A DNA stretch of 64,000 bases from NCBI RefSeq assembly GCF_030144855.1, contig NC_082721.1:81964001-82028000 (forward strand). The letters are read 5' to 3'. How positions within the stretch are numbered: the first letter of the stretch is position 1; every line of letters begins with the position of its first letter. The translations under genes were made by a program, and so were the position numbers. This document shows positions 39,001 to 51,000 of this stretch, piece by piece. The notes beneath the pieces are model-generated. The model worked only from the letters and a program-made list of their open reading frames with translations. It ran no database searches and was not told the origin of the DNA. The DNA is from Hypanus sabinus (taxonomy: Eukaryota).

Positions 39001-42000
39001 TGCTCACATATTCTATCCCTAAGGATTTTCTCCAACAATTTCCCTACAACTGACATCAGGTCTATAGTTCCCAGGATTTTCCCATGTTCCCCTCTTAAGT
39101 AGAGATACAACATTAGCCACATACCAGTCCTCCGGAACCTTGCCTGTGGCAAGAGACGACACAAAGATTCTAGTAAAAACACCAGAAATCTTGTCCCTTG
39201 CCTCCTTCAATAACCTGGGGTAAATCCTAAAAGGCCATGGGGACGTAACCACCTTAATACTCATTAGGAGGCGCAGCACTTCCTTCTTGACCTCTAAACA
39301 CCCTAATGTACTTATAAACTCAGCAGTGATCTCGTCGCCTTCCATATGCTTTTCCTTGGTAAATATTGAAGCAAAGTACTCATTAAGCACCTCACTCACA
39401 TTCTCTGCATCTAAGCAAATGTTTGTATCACACTTGTCTAGTCATCTGTCACCCCTTCTGAGGTAGAAAAGGTTTGAAATTTATGTCAGAGTTAAGAGAG
39501 CCCTAGTAATCTCTTATAGACCTGATTAATAGTCTGAAAATCTATCCACCTTTAAAGACTAAGATATCTAATACCTCTGACTTTTCAGTTGTGGTTTGAT
39601 CTTGAATACCACTGATCTCCAACTACAATGTCCTTTTTACATTGAAAACCAATAAGCGGTATTCATTCACAACCTTTTCTCTGGACCCATGCACAGCTGG
39701 ACACGTTGGGCCCTACTCTGTCCCAGGTAATCCTCTTGCCCTTAATATACATAAAATTATACAGCACTGAAACAGGCCTAACACCCTTGTGACTAAAGGT
39801 CCTACCTGAGTCAGTACCATTTTCCTGTACGTGGCTTGCATTACTCTAAACCAGGGGTTCACAATCTGGGTCCATAGACCCTTTGCTTACTGACATAAGG
39901 AACCCCTGCTGTAAACAGTCCCTATCCATGAGGTTGTCCAAATGTGTTTTAAACCTTGTCGACCATAAAACATAGGTGTAGAATTAAGCTTTTGGCCCAT
40001 TGAGTCTGCTCCACCATTCTGTCACGGCTGCTCCATTTCCCTCCCATCCCCATTGTCCTGCCTTCTTCCCATAACCTTTCACATCCTGATTAATCAAGAA
40101 TCTATTAACCTCTGCCTTAAACATACCCAACGACTTGGCTTCCACAGCTGCCTGTGGCAACAAATTCCACAGATTCACCACCCTCTGGCTAAAGAAATTC
40201 CTTCTCATCTCAGTACTAAAGCACATCCCTCTATTCTGAGGCTGTGCCCTCTGATCCTGTGCTCCCCCTGCATAGGAAACATCCTCTCCACATTCACCTT
40301 ATCTAGGCTTTTCAACATCCGATAGGTTTCAGTGAGATATCACCCCCTCCACACCCATTGTTCTAACTTCCAGCAAGTAAAGGCTCAGAGCCATCAAATG
40401 CTCTTCATGCATCTTTTCTTAAATAACGGCCCAAAACTGCTCACAGTACTCCCAAGTGAGGCTTCACCAACGTCTTATAAAGCCTCACCATTATATCCTT
40501 GCTTTTATATTGGAATTGTAGCCATCTCTTTGGAGTATGCTGTAGATTTTCCTTAATCTTGGCTGCTAGTGACATCTCGTGCCACTTCTTTGCCTTGCTA
40601 ATTACATTGTGAAGAATATTCTCCTGGAAATAGTTTGGGGTTGTAATTGGATCTTTTTTTACTGTGTTAACTGATATGAGGCAATCCATGGATATCGAGA
40701 GATAGAGAAGTCGCAGTGGACCGAGCAGAACACAGCCGTCCTGCAGCGACTGCGAGATGTTGCCTTCCTGCCAGGGGTGCCTCAGCTCTCAATGGTGCAT
40801 GTGTTGGACCTTGAAAAGACTGGCTTCATCAATCCCCATGTGGACAGTGTGAAGGTTAGTGACTGAGGCTGCTGTATGTTATCTCTGTCAGTCGCAAGTT
40901 TGATGTACAGCATGCTGGGCTCTTCTTTCTTCTACCCTTCCTTTTCCACTCAGAGAATCAGAAAATTACAACACAGTAACAGGCTGTTTGGCCCAAGTTC
41001 CTGTGTGAGTTTGATCTATCCAATCTATTCGGAGAATGTTGGCATTGGGGTTAGGACAAATATTTGTTGCCCCCTTGGAAAGTTTCATTTACTTTCTCTT
41101 CCTAATTTAATTCTTCAAAGACCTTGTTGAGATCTCCTTCTGAAGCATATTTGGGCAGCACACCCTAGAACTTGCTCTGTAACAGACTTTTCTCACTTCC
41201 CCTTGTATTATTCTGCTAATTACTTTTAAATATACATGCAGCTGCTACTGAATTCTGCTTCTCATTGCAAAGATGCTTCCTACCTCTGCAATCAAACTTC
41301 TATAACCTTCTGAGGAGGGTCTGCACATCTGAAACCCCTGGCAATACATCTCAAAAAATCGCCTTTGTGTATTTTGAGGTGTGGAGCCAGAATTATATAC
41401 AGTTCTCCAGTGGGCCTGGCCTGCAGTTTGCCCTGTTTAGCAGGAATTCCTTGTTCGCTACTTTGTCATTACTTACAAGTCAACTATTTACTGGCCGTTA
41501 CACAGCTGGTATTTAGAGCAGCCGTGAGGGTACCCCATCTCCAGCTGTGTTCCGGGCTTCCTTCATTGCTTTGATTTTTTTTTCAAATTGATGAGCTGTA
41601 GCATAATCCTCACATTTTCCACTGCCAGGGGAGAAACAAACCAGAGGTCGTGGGTTAAGGGTGAAGGGGGAAAAGTTTAAAGGGAACATTGGGTGGGCTT
41701 CTTCACGCAGAGAGTGGTGGCAGTGTGGAATGAGCTGCCAGATGAAGTGGTGAATGCGGGCTCACTTTTGACATTTAAGAAAAACTTGGACAGGTATATG
41801 GATGAGAAGGGTTTGGAGGGATATGGCCCAGGTGCAGGTCAGTGGGACTAGGCAGAAAAATGGTTCGGCACAGCCAAGGAGGGCCAAAAGGCTTGTTTCT
41901 GTGCTGTAATATCCTATGGTTCTTCCCGGTTTTCACTACCATCAGCCATTCAAGTCCTGTGTGGGGACTCAGGAATACCGTCACACTCAGATGCAGAAGG

Positions 42001-45000
42001 ATTCTTCATTGCTGTTTCCGTAACAATTTTGTTTTACCAGTCTGGGCAGTTAGCCCTGAGTTAAACCCCTGAACCTAGAGGACCTGTGGGCCACTCTTAG
42101 TCCAGCTTCTACACTTTGACATGTTTGGCATGTGTGACCCTACCAAGAGCCAAAGCGTAAAGCCCTGACTCCAGCCAGCATAGATCTCCGGGTCATCGAG
42201 GCACACAAGCCTCCAAACCCTACAACAAGGTTGTGGTCCTCTTGGAGGACAAGTCTTTAGGCTTTCTCCAATACTTTAGCATCTGAACAATTCCAGTTGG
42301 AAACAATTCTCTTCACTTCTCCTCGCCTGGACTGCAGCAGCAGGCAAGGCCATAGCTTGTGGCCTGAGCCTTACTACAACCGAGGCCACGCAGCCCTCCC
42401 GCTGTCTGTCACACCACCAAACAAGGGCAAAAGATAATGTCCAACAGATTCTTGTGATTGCAAGAGAAATGTTCAGTACGATCACCCACGGTTACAATAC
42501 ATGCAGCCTTTGCGTATTGACTCTGATGCCCAACGCTTTTCAGTAGCAGGCAGTAACATGGTCTGCACCTAGTCTAGCTCCTCTGATAAACAGGCATCTT
42601 ACTTATGGGCTAGACCATAGTACCCAAAGTTTTTGTGAGTCCAGTATTGTCTTGGGATTGTAAAAAAAAATTAACAAAGAGAAAAGCACCTTTGGTCATC
42701 CCCCAGAAGGCCACTAAATCCGAAGGCACCACTATCTTACTCATGATGGACTAGGCCATGTCGACTACTTTTTGTAGGATTTTCCTTTCAAGGGCATTGG
42801 CGTTTTTGTACCGGGTTGTGATGCAGCCAGTCAATATACTCTCCCCCACACATCTGTAGAAGTTAGTCAAAGTTTTAGATGTCATGTTGAATCTCCACAA
42901 ACTCCGAAGGAAGTAGAGTGCTGCCATGCTTTCTTCAGAATTGTACTTATGAAGGAATTGCCCCTACATCCAAGAAAGATTTAAGGATTGTCATCAGTGT
43001 TCGTGCTAGTGCTTCACCATATTCTCTTGTCAACACAGGATGAACCTGAAGTGACTTATTACCATGAGTAATGTCAGTCACCATAACCCCTTACAAGTGG
43101 CCCCTGTTTTTCGAACGTTCGCTTTACAACAGCTCGCTGTTAGGAAAGACCTACATTAGTGCCTGTTTTCGCTAACCAAAGAGGATTTTTGCTTTTGCGA
43201 AAAAAGGCGCCTGCTTTATACGTGTGTTTACCCCGAGAAAGGCTATTGTTACGTACCCGTGACATGTGACAGTGGTACCCTTGTCACGTGACTGGGGTTG
43301 AAGCTATACTGAACTTGAGGTAATGATCTTGTGATGGTGGAGTGACGTCATTTTCTTGCCAGTAGAGGTCATGTGACAGGTTTTTTTTACCCTCCCTGTG
43401 AGGAGGGGCAGTTCGTGGCTGGATTTTCCATGTTGACTTCATGCCACTGCGTGATTTAATTTTATGACGCAGTTTAGTTGAAAGATGAAGTTTTATCTAA
43501 TGCCTAAAGTTTAAAAGGTCATTGACAGCAGTTTCTTTATAATACTGCTAGTTGAGAATCAGTGGAGAGTGAAGACCAGAGTTCGGGAGTTAAAAGATTG
43601 AGGAGAATCGATTTCGACGGTGAAACAGGTTCGACCTTGTTTGATCCTCATTCAAAAGGAATTCGTTGACTGTTCTCATGTTAATCCCTGTGAATAATAG
43701 CAAAAAGGATTGGGAACAATTTTGTAAAGGAAGGGTCAGTGCCTTTAAGCCATTACATATCATCTTCGTAAAATACTTCGTGGGAAAAGTAGTTCGACTG
43801 GGAATTGAAACAATACGACGTGAAAGAGAATTTAAATTGTCTTAAAAAGTCTCTCCCTTAAATGGACTGTAAGAATTTTGAACTTTTGCAATACTACTTT
43901 GAAGAACTGTTTTGCAACATCGCTTTAAGAACTGTTTAAGCTGCCGCACAGCAGTGAATTTCCGGTTACGTTAGAGATTTGTTTACTTTTGGGGGGGGGT
44001 TTGTTTTCAGTGTTTAATAAACGTGTTATTTGTTATTGTTATGATCCCAGCCCCCTCCTTTGTGAGAATCGCAAGAGCACCTGTCGAAGGGGGAGGGGTC
44101 AGTAGACCCAGTGGGAGAGAGAGAGAGAGAAATGTGCCAAATTGCATGTCCCACCCGGGATACAGAATAAGACGACAGTGACTATTGTCTCATGGAGACC
44201 ACGTGAAAAGCCCTTGGGCAAGGTGGGCTGATTGAGAGAGATTGCATCATCCCAACCTGATTGACACCTGCGACCCCTCAGACGCACCAAGAAAACACGA
44301 GCGAGTGATCCCGCAGCAGCAGGAAGCCATGTGCGTTAGATTCCGGGATTGGAATTTGTGGCTGGAATCACAGAAAACCGCTTTTAACTAACATCGGGGA
44401 GAGGAAACCAACGCTCCCCCGATTTCACGGAAGCTTCATCAAGACTCAGCAAGTTCTTTCTCTTCTCCCCCAATCTCTCTCTCTCGGTCGCCCCACGTGA
44501 AACCCAGCGATTTTCAAAGGGCTGAGGCCTGCAGACTTTCTGAGTGACTTTTATATTTCCAACGGACAATCTATTAACCCCTAGACAACAGCAGATCTCA
44601 CTTCTTAAAGATGATTATTACTATACCCGCGCTTTAGATTGAGTGTTGACGATGTGCACTATCTGAATGTATGTATTAACCCTACTTTTGTGTCCCTTTA
44701 TAAATAAAACGTTTGAAAATAGTGACATCAGACTTCAACAGACCTCTCTATCTGCTGGTAAGTTCTCCAGTTACGGGATTCGTAATAGTTGGGGTTCTCG
44801 TCTCGGGATTTGACACCAAATTGGGAGGCCAGTGAATCGGGCTTGTAAATCAAAAACTTGAATCTGGTTACGTGGGTAGCCAGACTGGAAACCAGCAAAG
44901 ATGGACGTGGGTGAATTTATGGAAAACCCGATGGTGGGGGCGCTAGAGGTGGCCACAAAATCAGACTTGTTAAATTTAGCGAAGGGGTTGAACCTCACAG

Positions 45001-48000
45001 AAGTGAGGTCGTCCATGAAAAAGCGGGTACGAAGGGCCATAGCTCAGTATTATGTTGAGAAGAATGTGTTTGAAGATGAGGTATTGGAAGATATCCCTGA
45101 CAAAGTACCATCAATTGGGACGGTTCAGTTAGAGGTGGAGAAATTAAAGTTGGAACGTGAAATTAAGTTAAAAGAGCTGGAAGCGGCTGAGAGAGAGAGA
45201 GGGAAAGGCAAAGACAGCATGAAATTCACCTAAAGAAGCTAGAAGCAGAAGAGAAAGAGAGGGTATGGGCCGAGAAAGAGAAGGAACGGACCGAGAAAGA
45301 GAAACAGAGGCAACATGACCGGGAAATTGAGAAGATGAGAAACGAGTGAAGAGATCAAGGGTTAGACCAAGCGGAGCGGTTTAATGTTAGTAGGGAGTTG
45401 AGATTGGTGCCCCCGTTCGAGGAGACAGATGTCGATAGTTATTTCTTGCTTTTTGAAAAGGTGGCAGTAAATCAGAAGTGGCCAAAAGAGCAGTGGGTGG
45501 CGTTGTTACAAAGTGTGTTAAAGGGGAAGGCCCAACGAGCATATGCGGCGTTGTCCCTGGAGGAGGGAGGAGCGGAGGATTATGAGGAGGTAAAGAAGGC
45601 CATTCTCCGGACTTACGAATTGGTACCTGAGGCCTATAGACAAAAGTTTAGAAATTTAAGGAAAGGGTGGAATCAAACGTATACCGAGCTAGCCCATGAA
45701 AAGGGGGTGCTCTTGGACCGTTGGTGCACCACGGAAAGGGTGGACGAGAATTATGGGCGTCTCAGGGAGTTACTTTTGATCAAGGAATTTAAAAGTTGTG
45801 TTCCGGAGGAGATCCGGATGTATTTGAATGAGAAGCCGGATAAGTCCATGTCAGAAATTGCTAGGTTTGCGGACGAATATGTCCTCACCCACAAGACAAA
45901 GACTTCCTCGAATAAAGGTCCCCAGAGAGACCGTGGGAACGATCGAGAAATTCCGACGAGTGAGGCAGAGGTTCCACCGGGAGCTAGCGGTAAGGTTGAG
46001 GGGGAAAGGCAAGACAGCCAGAGGGTTCCGGGTTTGACCTGTTTTAATTGTGGAAAGGAGGGGCACATTGCATCTCGATGCTTTGCTCCAAGAAAGGAGA
46101 TAGGAAGAGGGAAAGCCGCAGTCCCTATCAGGTGTGCCGTGGTAATCAGCAAATCGACCAGAGAGCCGAGGGTAGACAGAGTACGAGAAGGCTTTGGGAG
46201 TTGTCTGTCACACGGAACCGTGTCTGTGACGGAGGGAGACACACCAGTTCCCGTACGAATCTGGAGGGATACGGGCGCTGAACTATCCCTGGTTACCCAT
46301 AAGGTACTAGAATTTGGTCGGGAAACGGGCATGGTAAAGGTGGAAGGAATAAATAAGAGGATAGAAATGATGCCCTTATATAAGGTCATTCTGGATTGTG
46401 AGCTGGTGTATGGATCAGTTGAAGTCGGGGTGCCCTCAGAATTTCCGAGAGCTGACGTGGACATCCTGCTGGGGAACGACTTAGCAGGGGGTAAGGTTTG
46501 GTCAGCCATGCTGCTGACCTGGCGACCGGCGAGTATGGTGGCCCCATCCCTAGCGCCCAAGGACCATCTCGCCGGCACGGTCACTCGCAGCATGTCGAGA
46601 GAAAGAGAGAGCTGTGAACGAGAGCAGTTTAAATCTGGCCAGTTTTGATTTGGCCGAGACGTCTTTGCTGACCCTGTGCCATGACGGTTTAGAGGGTGGT
46701 AAGACGAAGGGTAGTAAAGTGAAAGGGCGTAAAAGAAAGGTCCTAAAGGTAGGAAATAAAGATGAGAAACAGATAAGCTGTTAAAAGGTCCAGAGTTGGA
46801 CATGGATGATCTGTCTGGTGTGGCAGAATTGTTTGAAGAACTTGAGTTCTGAAGGTGTTCCCGATAATGAGAGGAGGGCAGTCCTAGATGAAAAGGATAC
46901 CCTTGCCTCGAAGGGGTCTGCTGAAAGGGCCGAGGAGGTTGTTTCAGTTCGCAGGGTTGCGCCTTCCCCGGGTGGGAGCTGCCCAGAGAGTAACTGGGAG
47001 GATCGGGGGAAGTTAGAATGTGAAAAAGGTAGGGGTGTTGAAAGCCTGGAAGAGGCCAATGTCCCGTTTGAGTGTGTCCGAGATGGGGATGCACAAGGTG
47101 CTGAACCTGGTAACGGAGCTCAGAAGAAGTCTGAGGTATCTGATTCAGTGGAATGGGGTGGCCATCCTTGTGGGTCAGATGGACTTGGTTTAGTGGGAAA
47201 AGGGTTAACCTTGGTAACCGGGGGAAGTGTGAGTTCCCCGGTGTTTGTACTCGAAGGTGGGTTCAAAGTTAACGCCGAATTTAAGAATGGGGGGGGTGAG
47301 GATTGTTAGCGAAGGAAATGAAAAGTCTGTAGTTTCCAAATCGAAGGAAGAAATCTTAAACCTGGCAGATCGCTCACAGAGTGAGCCGGGGAATAGCGGG
47401 CCCCCCCCCCACTCTATTGTTATGCCAGGATGGGGTGTGAAGAGGCCGCCTTCGACATGCTAGAGCGAAGAGTTAGAATCAAACACCAATAGCCTGAAGG
47501 GGACTGATAAAAGGGCCAGCCACCTGGGTAAAATCAAAGAATTGGATGGAGATGGTCTTAAGTCTGGGGCATGGTGTTGCTAAAATAACCCCGATGAACG
47601 AGGCGGGTGGGAGTTCGCCACGCAAAACTACTTAAGTTCCCCATGTGGGGGCTCGCCGAAAAAGAGGCGACAGTTAATGGAGATGCCATTGTTAGACAGC
47701 CAAGCAGGTTGAACGGGTTTGCGCCAAAGCCTGTGAATAATAAAGACAGCCCTTTGGAGACCTGCTGGTTAAGTTAAACGACTGAAACGATTAGTATTCG
47801 CGTAAACTTTTGTAAATGCACCTAAGCTAAGGTCACACCACCTTAGTTTTGTTGCTAAAGAAAAAAATAAATAGGTGGTTATTGAATTGAAGTCTGATGT
47901 ACGGTTCGCAATGTTAAGATATTAAAGAAAGGGACACTGTAATCGTTAACTATTTAGATACTGACTTGAATGTATAACGGTAGTATTCTGTGAAAAGAAA

Positions 48001-51000
48001 AAAACTTGTGTATTGTGTTAGATTCAAAACTCCTGTAAGACTGTGTACCACTCCGTTTTAACTGCTGGTAAAAACGTTTTAAGAGGGGAGGTGTTATGAT
48101 CCCAGCCCCCTCCTTTGTGAGAATCGCAAGAGCACCCGTCGAAGGGGGAGGGGGTCAGTAGACCCAATGGGAGAGAGAGAGAGAGAAATGTGCCAAATTG
48201 CACGTCCCACGCGGGATACAGAATAAGACGACAGTGACTATTGTCTCATGGAGACCACGTGAAAAGCCCTCGGGCAAGGTGGGCTGATTGAGAGAGATTG
48301 CATCATCCCAACCTGATTGACACCTGCGACCCCATGAGGAAGTATAAAGGAGAGTCTCAGGGGGACAGCCCCCTCAGACGCACCAAGAAGACACGAGCGA
48401 GTGATCCCGCAGCAGCGGGAAGCCATTCTGAAGGAAGCCACGTGCGTTAGATTACGGGATTGGAATTTGTGGCTGGAATCACAGAAAACCGCTTTTAACT
48501 AACATCGGGGAGAGGAAACCAACGCTGCCCCGATTTCACGGAAGCTTCATCAAGACTCGGCAAGTTCTTTCTCTTCTCCCCCAATCTCTCTCTCTCGGTC
48601 GCCCCACGTGAAACCCAGCGATTTTCAAAGGGCTGAGGCCTGCAGACTTTCTGAGTGACTCTTATATTTCCAACGGACAATCTATTAACCCCTAGACAAC
48701 AGCAGAGCTCACTTCTTAAAGATGATTATTACTATACCCGCACTTTAGGTTGAGTGTTGACGATGTGCACTGTCTGAATGTATGTATTAACCCTACTTTT
48801 GTGTCCCTTTATAAATAAAACGTTTGAAAATAGTGACATCAGACTTCAACGGACCTCTCTATCTTTGCTGGTAAGTTCTCCAGTTACATTCGTAACATTA
48901 TAAAAACCCCTGCCTAACTCATATATTTATTGTTGCTTGGATCCGTAACACTACCATGACCATGAAGTCTTATGCGTACAGTTGTGTGCGCATGTGTGTA
49001 TGTGCCGATTTTTTTTCTCCAAATCGATTTTGGCTTGCTGGCTTCCTGATTGTGGTAAGTGAAACACACCAAACATACAATATTTCTACTTTATATAGGC
49101 TGTATATTTATCATAACATTCCAGCTTTTACTATATATTAGTGTTATTTTAGGTTTTATGTGTTATTTGGTATGATTTGTTAGGTTATTTTTTGGGTCTG
49201 GGAACACTCAAAATTTTTTTCCATATAAGTTAGTAGTAATTGCTTCGTCGCTTTATGACATTTCGGCTTACAAACAGTCTCATAGGAACGCTTTACCTTC
49301 GGATAGCGGGGGAAACCTGTACTTATTTATTTTAATTGTAACCAATATCTTTTTTTTCTGTTCTCTGGTGAAGATAGGATTTGCTTTTACCTTGGATATA
49401 CACACTGTGGCCCTTTATTAGGAACCCCCTAACCTAATAAAGTGGCCGCTGAGTGTATGTTCATGGTCTTTTGCTGCTGTAACCCATCCACTTCAAGGTT
49501 CAACTTGCTGTGCATTCAGAGATGCTCTTCTACATTCCACTGTTGTAACAGTTTGAGTTACTGTTACCTTCCTGTCAGCTTGAACCAGTCTGGCCATTCT
49601 CCCCTGACCTCTCTCATTAACAAGGCGTTTTCACCACAGAACTGCCATTCACTGGGTGTGTTTTGTTTCTTGCATCATTCGCTGTAAACTCTAGATACTG
49701 CTGTGTGTGAGAATCCCTGGAGATCAGCATGTTCTGAGATATTCAAACCAGCTTGTCTGGCACCAACAATCATTCCACGGTCAAAGTCACTGGATCATAT
49801 TTCTTCTCCGTTCTGATGTTTGGTCTGAACAACAGCAGGATCTCTTGACCACGTCTGCACGCTCTTCTGCATTGAGTTGCTGCCAAATGATTGGCTATTT
49901 ATAGATATTTGCATTAATGAGCAGGTGCATAGGTGTGCCTAATAAAGTGGCCACTGAGTGCATAACTTTCCCTAATTAGCTTCACTTTTTCTTTAACTCT
50001 CTTGTTAAGATTCCTGCTAATCTTTTACTGTTTCTCCCTTGTTCTCACATATTTTCCGTGTTTTGTTTTGGAGATACAGTGCAGAATAGGCCCTTCAAGT
50101 CGCAAGTGTTTGCTGATGGATTTTGACTCTGTGTGTGTGAAGGTGTACTGTTCTTTCTGTGCTGACATGTCAACACCCCTCTTTCCCTCAAAGTTCTGCG
50201 GGGACACGATTGCGGGCATGTGCCTCCTGTCGAGCAGTGTGATGCGGCTGGTGAGTGAAGACAGCAGTGAGGATTGGGTGGATTTGCTACTTCAGCGCCG
50301 GTCTGCGTATGTCCTGAGGTGAGCTGCAGAGTGGGGCATGTGTATTGGGGGCGATGATAAATGGTAGGAAGAAGAGGACAAATGATGGAGGCCACCTATT
50401 TTAATTCCACTTCCCATTCCCACCATTCCAATATGTCCATCCATGGCCTCCTCCACTGTTGTGACGAGGCCACACTTGGGCTGGAGGAATAACACCTTGT
50501 GTTCCATCTGGGTAGCCTCCAACCTGATGACATGAACATTGATTTCTCAATCTTCCAGTAATGCCCCTCCCCACCCTCCATCATTCCCCATCCCCTTTTT
50601 CCTCTCTCACTGTATCTCCTTGCCTGCCCATGGCCTCCCTCTGATGCTTCTCCCCTCTTTTCTTTCTTCCATGGCCTTCTGTCTCTTTCACCAATCAATT
50701 TCCCAGCTCTTTACTTCCTCCTCCCCCCTCCAGGATTCACCTGTCACCTTGTGTTTCTCTCACCCCTCCCCCACCTTTTAAATCTACTCCAGCTTTTTTC
50801 CTCCAGTCGTGATGAAGGGTCTCGGCCCCAAACGTCGACTATACTCTTTCCCTAGATGCCCCCTGACCTGCTGAGTTCCTCTGGCATTTTGTGTGTTACT
50901 CGGATTTCCAGCATCTCGTTTGTGATGGGAGGAAAGAAAAGCGGGTTTTGTGGGAATGGTAGAGGGACAATGCGGGGAGGAGATGGGATAAGTGGGCACA

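Larger units (their letters stand above)
43247..48950 (+). mobile_element. Solo LTR (about 840 bp net) split by the 44037..48897 element
   Basis: Termini TGTTACG (43247) and CGTAACA (48950) form an inverted repeat; flanks CTAT/CTAC (4-bp TSD, 1 mismatch); AATAAA at 44016. Confidence 0.75.
43094..49319. mobile_element. Tigger/pogo-like MITE (about 520 bp net), outermost layer of the nest
   Basis: TA flanks at 43092-93 and 49320-21; imperfect TIRs CAAGTGGCCCCTGTTTTTCGAACG versus reverse complement CAGGTTTCCCCCGCTATCCGAAGG. Confidence 0.55.

Noticed and set aside
40640-40680. U12-type intron as an explanation for the odd ALKBH7 acceptor
   Set aside because: The donor is GTAGGC, not GTATCCTT, and the branch region lacks TCCTTAAC.
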